Below are positions 13,662 through 26,421 of a DNA stretch of 64,000 bases, piece by piece. Each line of letters starts with the position of its first letter. Within the stretch, counting starts at the first letter, position 1. Under the pieces are notes generated by a model. The model had not been told where the DNA came from. It ran no database searches and saw only the letters and a program-made list of their open reading frames with translations. The position numbers and the translations under genes are program-made. This stretch comes from Eledone cirrhosa (taxonomy: Eukaryota), in NCBI GenBank assembly GCA_964016885.1, contig OZ024740.1, positions 207,700,001 to 207,764,000 of the forward strand, given 5' to 3'.

Positions 13662-13861
13662 NNNNNNNNNNNNNNNNNNNNNNNNNNNNNNNNNNNNNNN
13701 NNNNNNNNNNNNNNNNNNNNNNNNNNNNNNNNNNNNNNNNNNNNNNNNNNNNNNNNNNNNNNNNNNNNNNNNNNNNNNNNNNNNNNNNNNNNNNNNNNNN
13801 NNNNNNNNNNNNNNNNNNNNNNNNNNNNNNNNNNNNNNNNNNNNNNNNNNNNNNNNNNNNN
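13662..13861. other. Assembly gap (200 N)
   Basis: Run of N. Confidence 1.
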
Positions 13862-13929
13862 TTTTATACTCTGCTATGTATTGAGTACCTTACTTACTGT
13901 GGTTACCTCCGATTCAACCCGGAATAACG

Positions 13930-13961
<32 letters not shown>

Positions 13962-14159
13962 TACACATGTGCACACACATACATACGTACACATTTGCAT
14001 ACATACATGCACACAAACATGCATACACATATACATATAAATACACATACAATACACACGCGCTCATCCCCACCAACACACATAAAGACACAAGTACATT
14101 CTCCTGCAATTATGTAGGCGAAACTGAAGTTTAACTAGAGCTGAATCTATTGCGAAGAC

Positions 14160-14262
14160 ACGTGACCTAGTACTTATGGTGTATGTGTTGCGATCATAAT
14201 GTAGTCGTGTCGATTCCTGGATGAGTTGGCGTGTTGTGCTTTTGAGCAAAACACTTTATTTC
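14160..14262 (+). mobile_element. SINE head fragment
   Basis: tRNA-like head plus gttgtgcttttgagcaaaacactttatttc, the reverse complement of the 3780/46885 SINE core. Confidence 0.55.
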
Positions 14263-14269
14263 TTTTTTC

Positions 14270-14470
14270 TTGGAAACTTTCAGCTAAAATACGATACCTT
14301 CTCTCCAGCTCTCTTGTATATGGTCATTGGATCCACAACCACCATCGGCATGGAGTTGGCTACCCGCAGGTGGGAACCGCGCGAACTGGAATGTCATTCC
14401 AACGCGTCTCCCTCACCATCCCCTGGGGCAAACGCCTTCTCTATTTTGTTCGCCAGGGCCGTGGGGTGGT
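14270..14470 (+). mobile_element. CRE-like REL non-LTR 3' remnant
   Basis: FQRVSLTI..GxNAFSIL, homologous to the 3' part of 55360-55920. Confidence 0.55.
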
Positions 14471-15244
14471 CAGCGCATGGATCCCCAAATTGCTCATAAT
14501 AGTGAGAGATGGGGAGATCGGGAGAGATGGAGGCAGTGACAGTGGGAGTTTGGTGATTTTGTGTTCGGACCTGGTGTATATGTATGTTTCACAGACACAC
14601 TCACCCTGAGTCAGCAAAGAGATGCAACACAATCTCTCTCTCTTGTATGTGGCCATTGGAACCATCACACCATCTCTCCATCTCTCTTTATTCTGAGTGG
14701 TCAAACCAAAAAAGGGGACTACTCCGCTATTTAAATGATCAAGACGTAATGTCCTAGAGCAAAGGTTCTGAACGGGGAGCATATGCACCCCCGAGAGGCG
14801 TTTCGGAACTCCAGGGAACGTTTCGGGGCAAGGGTGCGTTAGGGTGGCGTTTGGAGCTTTGGGAGTACTGGAAGGCTTTTTACTTTGGTAAGTTTTATAA
14901 GTAATATTTGTATGTCTTTGAGACAGCCACTGTGAATGCATTTAAATGAGCATGCAGACAGCATAACTATGGTCTGAACGCAGCTGTGAACAGGTGTGCA
15001 GATGTGTCTAGACATTAACCGATAATTGAGATCCTAACAATGGAAAAACCCACAGTCAACTGGGTCAAGGACACTTTGAGCGCAGCCAGTTAGAATCTCG
15101 TCTTTCCTTCACCGATAAAAATGTATTTCACGTCTGAAATTATTGACTCAACCGTAACGAGTTAACACTATGTATATCTATTTTATTCCCTATTGTGTAA
15201 ATAATATTACAAATAAAAAAAGAAGAAAAAAACACAGAAGCGGG

Positions 15245-15718
15245 TAGCACACACATCTAGGACCACGCACAACACATAATCAGAAAATATACATATCTAG
15301 GACCACATACAACACATAAGCAGGTAATACACGCATCTAGGACCACATACAACACATAAGCAGGTAATACACACAACTAGGACCACATGCAACACATAAG
15401 GAGGTAGCACACACATCTAGGACCACATACAACACACAAGCAGGTAATACATACATTTAGGACAACATACAACACATAAGCATGTAATACAAACATCTAG
15501 GACCACATACAACACTTAATCAGGTAATACATACATATAGGAAAACATACAACACACAAGAAGGTAATACACACATCTAGGACCACATACCACACACAAG
15601 CAGGTAATACATACAGCTGGGACCACATGCAATACATAATCAGGTAATACATACATCTAGGACTACCTACAACGCACAGGCAGGTAATACATACATCTAG
15701 GACCAAATACAACACACA
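15245..15718. repeat. ~39-bp minisatellite CATCTAGGACCACATACAACACATAAGCAGGTAATACAC (~12 copies)
   Basis: Directly visible. Confidence 0.92.
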
Positions 15719-15719
15719 T

Positions 15720-17420
15720 TGTATCATGTGATACGGACGACGCAAGAGCAATGGTCGGCCAACATAAAGGTTTCGTCACACTTCTGAAGAGAGAAAATCT
15801 ATCTGTATTTGTTGTTCCTTGTGTCATTCATCGACAACACTTGGCTGTGAAGAAACTCAACAAGCCGCTGAGCAAGTCCTTGCAGGTGGCCATTGATGTC
15901 ATAAATTTTATCAAACGGCATTCCCTCAATGAACGAATTTTCCGGCAACTGTGCCAAGATAATGACGAAAAATTCGTCAAATTGCTCATTCATAATGAAG
16001 TGAGGTGGCTTTCAAAGGGCAAGTGCCTTACTCACTTCTTTGAACTGTTCGACTCTATCATTGAGTTTCTGCGTGGACGCAACACAGAACTGTACAAGAA
16101 AACCATCGATGTGAGACAAAACTGCACCTACCTTACCGACATCTTCGACAAATGCAATAGCGTCATTTTGGCTTTGCAGAGGAAGAAGATCGCCTTGCTT
16201 AAAGCAAGAAATGCTGTGAAAACATTCCTGGCCAAATTGAATGTCATCGAAAGGAATCTTTGTTGACGGGAATTCTATAATTTTCCTAGTGTCGCCAATA
16301 TTCAAAACATTGTAAGCGATGACCAACTCCAAATTTATACTGCTCACCTCCGTGCGCTACAAGATAACATGAGAGAACGGTTTGTCGACCTTTTGCCGAT
16401 GGACATCCCAATGTGGGTATCAGATCCCTTCATAGCTAACGTCGATGATTTGGACGTTATATTTAAGGAAGAATTTATTGAAGCAGATGACATGATCAAA
16501 ATTAGATTTCCCAAAATAGGTGACCCCTTTTTGGGATGCAAGAGGAAATTCAGCGTCGCTTTCCACTCCTACAAGCAGAGGCTAAGAGATTTGCTCTGCC
16601 TTTTCCAAGCTCATACTTAGTCAAGAGGAGGATTGGTGCTGTCTCCAGACTGCACAGTAAGGCTCGCAACCGCTACAATGTAATTACACGTGGAGATCTC
16701 CGGCTACATCTTACGAAAATCCAGCCTGACGTCAAAGAGTTATCTAGACTCCATAAAGTTCAAGGGTCCCATTGAAATGAGCTCAAAGTTAAAGAAAGTT
16801 GATTTATTCGAAAACTTGGATATGCTATTGTTACAAAGCAAACTAACACATTTTTTTTTATTTGTAGTTGAAGTCTGACTGAACTGGAAACCATCTACTA
16901 CAATTCACTTACTCATTTGTTGTATATATTTTACCATTTGCTAATAAATATACCCTCTTACGTGGTCATGAAAACCCTCTTCCACGGTCTCTAAGCTCAC
17001 AAAGCGGAGGGGACATCAAGTTAGATATCAACATTTATTCTGCCCGGTTCATTAAAGGGAAAATTGGAAAGCTTTGAAATGATATAATTGCCACTTTCTT
17101 CCAGATAAGAGCACACTTGGGATAGAGTTGCTCTTGTATAAATGTTCAAAATAGCTGGTATCGTCTGGTGGGAATATAACAAATTCAACTGGTCCTTATT
17201 CATAAAAAAGAACATTTATGTTCCTTTTTTTGAAATTTATATATTTCCTTTCAAGGAATGTATTTATACACTCAGCTGCCTGCAATGGTATCTTTGGAAT
17301 ATTGTTAATCAATTTTTTAGTAATCGACTGACATCAAAATCAGTAGTATATTGAAAAATGTAAAAATAGGGTAGGGGGCGTTTCGTGATTTCGAGGGACA
17401 AAATGTGTTGAGAACCTGTG
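15720..17420 (+). mobile_element. hAT (Buster/Charlie-like) DNA transposon, 5'-truncated pseudogene
   Basis: TDxARAMVG, CVIHRQHL, HNEVRWLSKG, FPSSYL..RGDLRLHLTKIQPD; probable 3' terminal inverted repeat (TIR) gttgagaacc.. followed by tcctagag at ~17406-17428. Confidence 0.85.
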
Positions 17421-17548
17421 TCCTAGAGTATCTGAAGAAAGAAGCCAGTACATGATACAGAGTGAAATATTTCATTTTTTAGAAAACTGACTTCCAATCT
17501 TCGTCGGTGATCGTTGAGAGGAACATTTGCGTTTGTGTGTGTGCACAG

Positions 17549-17668
<120 letters not shown>

Positions 17669-17771
17669 TGAGAGAGAGAGAGAGAAAGAGAGAGAACGAG
17701 AGTGTGTTTATACGTGTGCTATTAGTACATGTGTGCCAACTTATAGCTGTTAATGTATCTTTGGAGAAATA

Positions 17772-17925
17772 TTGTTTCCACTTTTGGCACAAGGCCAGGA
17801 ATTATCCCAGTACATTACTGGTACTTTATTTCATCGACCCCGTACGGATGAAAGGCAAAGTTAACCTCGGCAGGATTTGAACTCAGACCATAAAGAGCCG
17901 TAACTCTCTACCGATACTGCCAATC
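17772..17925 (-). mobile_element. Short tRNA-derived SINE (Meta-domain-like family)
   Basis: actggtactttatttcatcgaccccgtacggatgaaaggcaaagttaacctcggcaggatttgaactc; further copies at ~19196, 50338, 53897, 54640, 59752, 63708. Confidence 0.75.
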
Positions 17926-17937
17926 CAGTAATATTGC

Positions 17938-18990
17938 GGGAAACATGGAGCTGTAAATAAACCTATTTATGTGTGTCTATATATATGTAGGCTAGTATAT
18001 TTACGGGTGAATGCGTATGTATCACGCTGAGTCTATATGTGTTTATAGGAAACATGGAGCTGTAAATAAACCTATTTATGTGTGTGTATATATATGTAGG
18101 CTAGTATACTTACGGGTGAATGCGTATCTATCACGCTGAGTCTATATGTGTTTATAGGAAACATGGAGCTGTAAATAAACCTATTTATGTGTGTATATAT
18201 ATGTAGGCTAGTATATTTACGGGTGAATGCGTATGTATCACGCTGAGTCTATATGTGTTTATAGGAAACATGGAGCTGTAAATAAACCTATTTATGTGTG
18301 TGTATATATATGTAGGCTAGTATACTTACGGGTGAATGCGTATGTATCACGCTGAGTCTATATGTGTTTATAGGAAACATGGAGCTGTAAATAAACCTAT
18401 TTATGTGTGTATATATATATGTAGGCTAGTATATTTACGGGTGAATGCGTACGTATCACGCTGAGTCTATATGTGTTTATAGGAAACATGGAGCTGTAAA
18501 TAAACCTATTTATGTGTGTATATATATGTAGGCTAGTATATTTACGGGTGAATGCGTATGTATCACGCTGAGTCTATATGTGTTTATAGGGAACATGGAG
18601 CTGTAAATAAACCTATTTATGTGTGTGTATATATATGTAGGCTAGTATATTTACGGGTGAATGTGTATGTATCATGCTGAGTCTATATGTGTTTATAGGA
18701 AACATGGAGCTGTAAATAAACCTATTTATGTGTGTCTATATATATGTAGGCTAGTATATTTACGGGTGAATGCGTATGTATCACGCTGAGTCTATATGTG
18801 TTTATAGGAAACATGGAGCTGTAAATAAACCTATTTATGTGTGTGTATATATATGTAGGCTAGTATATTTACGGGTGAATGCGTTTGTATCACGCTGAGT
18901 CTATATGTGTTTATAGGAAACATGGAGCTGTAAATAAACCTATTTATGTGTGTGTATATATGTAGGCTAGTATATTTACGGGTGAATGTG
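17938..18990. repeat. ~110-bp tandem repeat (~9.5 copies)
   Basis: Unit ggaaacatggagctgtaaataaacc...cacgctgagtctatatgtgtttata, highly homogeneous. Confidence 0.95.
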
Positions 18991-19195
18991 TATGTGCTTA
19001 TATCACGGTATGTATGTATGTGTATGTACGTATGATAGTATATGTATTAGTAAATGCTTATATGTATATATTAGCGTTTATCTATGTGTACGTACGGGTG
19101 AATGTATATGTGTACGTATGGGTGAATGTATATATCACGGTGTATGTATATTTATGCTAGTATATGTATCGATATATACATATATGTATATATTT

Positions 19196-19361
19196 GTGTC
19201 TACTTTAGGCACAAGGCCAGCAATTACCCAGTTCATTACTGGTACTTTATTTTATCGACCCCGTAAGGATGAAAGGCAAAGTCAACCTCGGCGGGATTTG
19301 AACTCAGATCGTAAAGGGACGTAACTATACTGGAAAGCATGGCGTCCGACCCTCTACCGAT
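19196..19361 (-). mobile_element. Short tRNA-derived SINE
   Basis: Same family as 17772. Confidence 0.75.
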
Positions 19362-19662
19362 ATATGTATATATTACCGTCTATCTGTATGTATATACGCC
19401 AATGAATGTGTATGCGTATATATCACGGTGAGTCTATATGTATGGTAGTATATGTATGGGTATATACATATATGTATATATTACCGTCTATCTATATATT
19501 TATATACCAATGAATGTGTATATTTGTGAGTGACATGGTTCCGCTATGGTTGATTATGATTCCATAAGGAATATGGTATTTCATATGGTAAAATCATCAA
19601 ATTCTAAAACATTTCTAGCTTCCAATCTTCTCTCCCTCATACTCTTTCCCTCACCTCACACA

Positions 19663-19762
<100 letters not shown>

Positions 19763-19783
19763 TTTTCTTTTGTCAATCTCTTT

Positions 19784-19814
<31 letters not shown>

Positions 19815-20231
19815 GTTTATTCCCCCAGATAACCTCTTTTGCCTGAATACATGTTTGCGTGGGCTTATGAAACTTGTATGTATTGTGTCTTGTATGGCTG
19901 TTTGGATGGATGACTGGATGTCTATATGTATATAGATACACACAAACACATATATACATATATATTATATATATATATAGCGTATTAAGTTCTTTTATTG
20001 ACATATTTTGCTGATGATATCATTCGTTTTAGTTTTTTCTTCCAAGTGAGTGCTACATGTCTATCTAGTGTTGTACAATGGATAAACACATCGTTATATC
20101 TAATGCTTCCAGCTCAAACCTAGTCTTTTTTTACAGCGATCCTGAAATTCTTGATCTTCTACCTATTTCGCTGGATATGAAAGGGTCTCCTACTTTGGTT
20201 TAACTTTTAGCTGATTATTTCACACCTGATT

Positions 20232-20425
20232 CAGACCTGCCAATCTCTAAAAACTCAAAGGAGGCGTACTAGGAAAAAAGTGCCCCCAAACGGGGAGAAA
20301 TGAGGTAAAATGGGAAAATTTTACATAATGAAAGCTATACCCAATTTCACAAGAGAAGACATCTCTCATCCGCCCCAAAGTGAGGGGGAGATATTCCCGT
20401 CTGACGGGGAGAGTTGACAGGTCTG
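20232..20425. mobile_element. 194-bp MITE with 7-bp TSD
   Basis: TIR cagacctgccaatctc / gagagttgacaggtctg; cctgatt at 20225-20231 and 20426-20432. Confidence 0.8.
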
Positions 20426-21069
20426 CCTGATTTGAGATGGGAAACTTACACTACGTCTGTTGTTGCGGTGGCGGCTAGTATAATGGACTCATTCAATAAA
20501 TGATCCTACCAATTAAATTTCTATTGTATTTCTACACGAACCAACCCCGAACGAAAATGAACGTGTTCCTCTGAACATGTACTGTATACCATTGAAAGAA
20601 TACAAAGTCAAATACGTAGTCTTGTTAATCTTGTTAGTAATGCTGTCGTCACTGCAACTGCTCTATCATGTAAGGTGTTCAGATGAGTTCAATATCCTTC
20701 TTCTACCAATCCTGTGATTTCTCATCAGAGCTCAGTTTGTCAATTCTAATGAATTGAATCCATGCTTGCTAGATATCCCACAGAGGCGGTGTTAGTTCCG
20801 CAAACAAAGCTTTACTCCTCCACAGAACAGCAGAATGGAATAGCCAAAATAGAAATTGATTGAAACTGTAAATATTATGATTTTCATTTATCTATTCTAA
20901 TTCATCCAGATATTAAAGACAAAATCGTACCTGCTGCTGTTTGAACAGAAATGAGTTGACAAAAGAAAAATATATGAAGAGATGCTTACAGTACTTAGGT
21001 TTCCGACGCAGTCATCTATCTAAGTACTAACTCACTGTCTCTGTCTCTCTCCATCTCCCCATCTCTCAC

Positions 21070-21270
21070 TTCTTCTTCATCTTCGTTTTCTTCCTCTCCT
21101 TCGTCTCCTCCTCCTCTTCCTTACTGGGAGGGTCGATGGGGTAGAGTCCTCAAACACTCCTTCCAGCGGATCCTGTCAGAAACAACCGTCTCCAACTGAT
21201 CCGACTGGATCCCTAAGCGAGACAAGCCAAGTACATGGATGCTATCCATCCATCTTGCTCGGGGTCTACA
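21070..21270 (-). mobile_element. RTE-like LINE 3' end with (GAA)n tail
   Basis: Homologous to 27305-27580, 27988-28400 and 61878-62130. Confidence 0.7.
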
Positions 21271-21589
21271 AACATATTCAAAACACAAAATCTTACAATA
21301 TCATGAAAAGCCAAAACCCTCTCGTAATTCTTTTTTTTACAGAATATTTATTTGGTTTTTTGAAATCCAGTCCCTTTCCTAATCTAAGTGGTTTCGGCCA
21401 GTTTATACCGGTTCTTCTATAAAATACCATTTTATTTTATTTCACCGATCTATTTTCCATAACGGAGGTCAGTGAGTTGTGGTGTTGGACATGTTAAGGT
21501 TATCTACACTGTTGTATATGGAGTTGGACTACATATACAGTGTTGATGGACTTCTGTTAGACTTAAGGTTTTTCTCCAGCCCGTAGGCT

Positions 21590-22256
21590 CATAGCAACAA
21601 CCATAATAAACAGCCACAACATCCACAGCAATACAACAGCAATAACAACAACTATAGCAACAACCATAACAACAGCCACAACAACAATCATGATAGTACC
21701 CACAACAGCCAGAACAACAACCATAACAACAACAACAACAATAGCATCAGTAGCAGTAATGACAACAACAATAACAACAATAAAAGCTAACAGCACCAGT
21801 AGCAGTAACAACAACAACAGCAATAACAGCAACACTACCAACAACAGCAGAAACAACAACAGCATCAGTAACAGCAAGAAGAAGAAGAAGAAGAAGAAGA
21901 AGAAGAAGAAGAAGAAGAAGACAGCTTGGCAAAGTTCCAAGCTACTCTGTAGTGCCACTAAAATGGAAGAAATCAAATAGTAAATATAGAAATACTGGGA
22001 TTGTTTGGGAATATTGGAATGACACCAAATACTGCTGCTGCTACTGCTGCTGCTACTGCTACTGCTGGTGCTGGTGATGGTGCTGCTGCTACTACTGCTG
22101 CTACTGCTAATACTACTACTACTACTACTACTGCTGCTACTGCTGTTACTGTTGCTACTGCTGCTGCTACTGCTACTACTACTGCTACTGCTACTACTAC
22201 TACTACTACTACTGCTACTACTACTACTGCTGCTGCTGCTGCTACTACTACTGCTG
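21590..22256. repeat. Compound trinucleotide repeats (AAC/AGC, AAG, ACT/GCT)
   Basis: Directly visible. Confidence 0.9.
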
Positions 22257-22799
22257 ACCACCACAGAAATCGACGTGGTTGACATTTTCTTAAAAGAGAA
22301 CGAAATGTTGATGATAAAAAAGACGGACCCGAACAAGTTGGTGGCTTTTCTGACCTGCTCCTGAAGAGTCAGGTCTATATCCCCTGCTTGGGGTCTGGTT
22401 TGTTCCCGACCTCCAGATGAATAGGAATTAGGACGAGGTAAAATGCAGGGTAGTTAGTCTGATCTAGAAATCGGCCGAGAAAGCTATATCTGAAAGGTTG
22501 GGACGAGGTGACGAATGCGTACATCGCTCCCGTCATATATTACGGCCTGATGGTCGTCTCGTAGCCCAGTTCTCGTCTCGCCAGATTCGAGCATTTGTTG
22601 TTTCACTTGTGGAGGGGATGTATTCCACAGGTCATTACGGTTCATCTGCTACTAACATTCTTGGTAATGTTATAGAAATCAATCTTCTTAAAGACACCAA
22701 TTCAACTTCTTTTTTTTACCCGTGTGTGTTATAAAAAAAAAAGAAAACTTATACACTCTCACATACACATACACACATGTGCGTGTGCATATTTGTGTT

Positions 22800-23585
22800 T
22801 CAAAATGGCTGATCAACTTTACACGTGTTTTCCCTCTTTAATAAACACAGGGTGAAACTCGGATATTCCTGTGCTAAAGGTATGAAAGCCCACATCCCCA
22901 CCAACCCCAAGAGCTTTCCCCCACCCAGATGCTCTTGTTGAAAGCCGGTGTCATGCTTTTTACAACAACAGTTTAACACATCTGCAGTCATCTATTAGAC
23001 TGAAGTTACATCTACTCGGCCGAAACAACAGCAGGAGGTCAAACATATGTAGGTATGTTGGAGGGCCGGTTTAAAGAACACTTTCTTAACCATCAGACGA
23101 CCTTTAGACATCCTGATAATCAATCTTCCATGCTGGCAAACCACGCATGGTCACTGAAGCATACGAACGTGAATTTCTGCATTCAATGGAAATTTCTCAC
23201 CAAATCGAGGTCATACAAAAATGGAGCGGTGTCCTGTAAATTGTGCATCGATCAAAAAGCGATATCTTGCAGAGGTTAGGTAACAGTACTTGCCTTAACA
23301 AAAGAGTAGATGATTTTTAAACGCTGCTCCCATGCTGCGAAGCTTCTATTACGTAACTGGAAGGCGCCAGGAAAACCAGAAGTTTAACCCGGACTGAACT
23401 ATCAAAAGTTACCCTCACGCCTGCAATAGTCTAATCGAATTGTCCCCTTTATCATTCAACTACCGGCATCTGCCGTGCAGAATTCAGCCAGGTCATAAAT
23501 ACTTCCATTCTCACGAGTTGAAGAATCTTTCGGGTGAAACACGTGTTCTCAACTATGCTTTGTTAATTTGTTGTGGAAATAACTC
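22800..23585 (+). mobile_element. Penelope-like element 3' fragment (Neptune/Naiad-type linker + GIY-YIG), degenerate
   Basis: NKHRVKLGYSC..CSC..AVIY*TEVT..TYVGMLEGRFKEHFLNH..LANHAWSLK..IQWKFL..CKLC; followed by (TA)n. Confidence 0.8.
23515..23550 (+). ncRNA. Minimal type I hammerhead-like motif (U3 variant) in the PLE 3' region
   Basis: gag-TTGAAGA-atc(tttcg)ggt-GAAA-cacgtg-TT-ctc; palindromic stem III; C3 replaced by T. Confidence 0.5.
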
Positions 23586-23595
23586 TCTATCTCTT

Positions 23596-23817
<222 letters not shown>

Positions 23818-23832
23818 TATATATATATATAT

Positions 23833-24004
23833 CAGATAGGGTGTGGTAAAAACCAGATAGACCACTAGAGTACTCGGGGTAGTAAAGTGGATAATATGAA
23901 AAGACTCAGGACCCCGACGGCTGAGCTCCAAACTAGCTGTCGAAACGGCCGGAGCTCAGTCGTTGAGAGTCCTGAATCTTTTCAAATATAAATTTATTTG
24001 CTTT
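23833..24004. mobile_element. Tail + fold-back element in (TA)n, diverged relative of 26233/48125
   Basis: gaaaagactcaggaccccgacggctgagctcc / ggagctcagtcgttgagagtcctgaatcttttc; leader resembles the reverse complement of the 26343-26422 tail. Confidence 0.65.
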
Positions 24005-24624
24005 ATATATATATATATGTATATATTAAAAAAAAAATATATATATATATACATGTATAAACTTTATTTTAGCTGTACAGTTACATCAATGATTTACAGA
24101 AGCAGAGTTTCGTGCTCCACTGCACTTGTCAAGCTGAATCGGTAGAGCGACTTATATAGAGTTAAGCACCAATCTAGGGAATAAAAATAAAACAAACATA
24201 AAGGAGCAAATTGAAAATATATTTTCTTTATTTCTATATAAATAGGAGTTGTCTGCTGTAAATAAATACTTGTTTATTTATTTGTCTGTTGCCTCTGTGT
24301 TGCTAATGTGTAATGGTCTATGTCTGCAATAATAATGGTGCCATACACACATGTACACACACCTACACACACATACACACACTTATACACACGTACACAC
24401 ATATAAACATAGATAATGAGGGTGGCATGCACATATACACACACATACAGTACACATATACGTACATATATATATATATATATACCCCAAAAGGTATACA
24501 CACTTCAACAGTATTCTAATAAATTTTGCCTGTACAGGTAATCAAAGTGTGTCTACATTTTTGGGCGACACCCCCTGTACATAAACACACACATATTCAT
24601 ATATATATACACACACGCACACAC

Positions 24625-24667
<43 letters not shown>

Positions 24668-24891
24668 CGTGTGTGTGCGTGTGTATTGCTTTTCACTACG
24701 TTAGTATTCTGATTTCTTGGATCATCGTCACACATTAATATCATAGCAACGAAACACACTGAAGCACTCACAAACGGTCCTATTCATACACTCACATACA
24801 TATAGACACATAAAACCTTATATATATCTATGTGTGTGTGTGTGTGTGTGTGTATATGCATATATATATATATAATATATATATATATATA

Positions 24892-24927
<36 letters not shown>

Positions 24928-25075
24928 CATATACATACATATACATAGATATATATATACATATATACACACATATATATATATGTATGTATATATATAA
25001 ACACACACACACACATTTGGATAGCGCTAGTTCGTAATTTAAATTCAAGAATTTTATATTCTTCGAATGAAAAGA

Positions 25076-25158
25076 ACCTTCTGACGAGAATCTTTCTTTG
25101 CAACGAAGGCCGTATGGTCTCCGTTTATTTTTGAGATTCGAAACCGATCGGTAAAGGT
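25076..25158 (+). ncRNA. Type I hammerhead ribozyme, copy 1
   Basis: acctt-CTGACGA-gaatct...agattc-GAAA-ccgatcgg-TA-aaggt; predicted cleavage after A25153. Confidence 0.88.
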
Positions 25159-25558
25159 AACTATAGTAGGTAAAGTCAATTTTTTAAAATTTATTTTGAA
25201 ACTTTTTCATTATTTGCTAAACCTTGATTATATATGTTCTGGCTCGTTAATTTATTAACCTGCCATTGAACCACATTGGCATTTGGTTGGACAATACATG
25301 CGTCCCTTAGCGCCTTGTGCGTGAAGGAACACATATCCTATTATTACTAATCACCTCTATGTTGAGAAAAAATTTGGTCGTTCCGACTGTTGCTAGTGAT
25401 AGTGGCGGCCAATTTGACCTACCTCCCTCTGCCTCTATCTTTACTTCGGCCCTTGAAAAAATTGATTCCACTTCATTCACTCTCATCTCGGGAACAGTTT
25501 TGGATAGCGCTAGTTCGTAATTTAAATTCAAGAATTTTATATTCTTCGAATGAAAAGA

Positions 25559-25641
25559 ACCTTCTGACGAGAATCTTTCTTTGCAACGAAGGCCGTATGG
25601 TCTCCGTTTATTTTTGAGATTCGAAACCGATCGGTAAAGGT
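25559..25641 (+). ncRNA. Type I hammerhead ribozyme, copy 2
   Basis: Identical to copy 1. Confidence 0.88.
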
Positions 25642-26041
25642 AACTATAGTAGGTAAAGTCAATTTTTTAAAATTTATTTTGAAACTTTTTCATTATTTGC
25701 TAAACCTTGATTATATATGTTCTGGCTCGTTAATTTATTAACCTGCCATTGAACCACATTGGCATTTGGTTGGACAATACATGCGTCCCTTAGCGCCTTG
25801 TGCGTGAAGGAACACATATCCTATTATTACTATTCACCTCTATGTTGAGAAAAAATTTGGTCGTTCCGACTGCTGCTAGTGATAGTGGCGGCCGATTTGA
25901 CCTACCTCCCTCTGCCTCTATCTTTACTTCGGCCCTTGAAAAAATTGATTCCACTTCATTCACTCTCATCTCGGGAACAGTTTTGGATAGCGCTAGTTCG
26001 TAATTTAAATTCAAGAATTTTATATTCTTCGAATGAAAAGA

Positions 26042-26124
26042 ACCTTCTGACGAGAATCTTTCTTTGCAACGAAGGCCGTATGGTCTCCGTTTATTTTTGA
26101 GATTCGAAACCGATCGGTAAAGGT
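26042..26124 (+). ncRNA. Type I hammerhead ribozyme, copy 3
   Basis: Identical to copy 1. Confidence 0.88.
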
Positions 26125-26192
26125 AACTATAGTAGGTAAAGTCAAATTTTTAAAATTTATTTTGAAACTTTTTCATTATTTGCTAAACCTTG

Positions 26193-26232
<40 letters not shown>

Positions 26233-26234
<2 letters not shown>

Positions 26235-26421
26235 AGTAAGTAAGACCCCGACGGCTGAGCTCAAGCCGTTTCGACGGCTAATTCTGTACAGAATTAGCCG
26301 TCGAAACGGCTTGAGCTCAGCCGTCGGGGTCTTACTTACTCCTATTACCCACTCTACTACCCTAAGTATTGAGTACTTTGGTGCGTTATGGTCCACATGG
26401 TTCCTTACCACTTTTCCCTCG

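Larger units (their letters stand above)
25016..26200 (+). mobile_element. Retrozyme-like tandem array, 483-bp unit (~2.45 copies), one HHR per unit
   Basis: Exact 483-bp period (CTGACGA at 25081, 25564, 26047); about 4 differences between units; 5'-truncated; 3' end merges into (TA)n. Confidence 0.85.

Noticed and set aside
15245-15718. CRISPR-like regular repeats (also 17938-18990)
   Set aside because: Whole units repeat with no unique spacers and no cas genes; eukaryotic context
21563-22364. Poly-Ser/Leu/Thr ORFs (also poly-His/Met at 52428-52917 and all YI/CV/HT ORFs)
   Set aside because: Microsatellite translations
22930-22945. In-frame TGA next to Cys in the PLE linker (possible selenocysteine as in Naiad elements)
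   Set aside because: TGA follows CSC at a position better explained by CGA>TGA decay; the copy has other stops and no clear SECIS
25307-26100. Repeated 67-75 aa ORFs in the 483-bp units
   Set aside because: Mostly non-ATG starts and no recognisable domain; repeated only because the unit repeats
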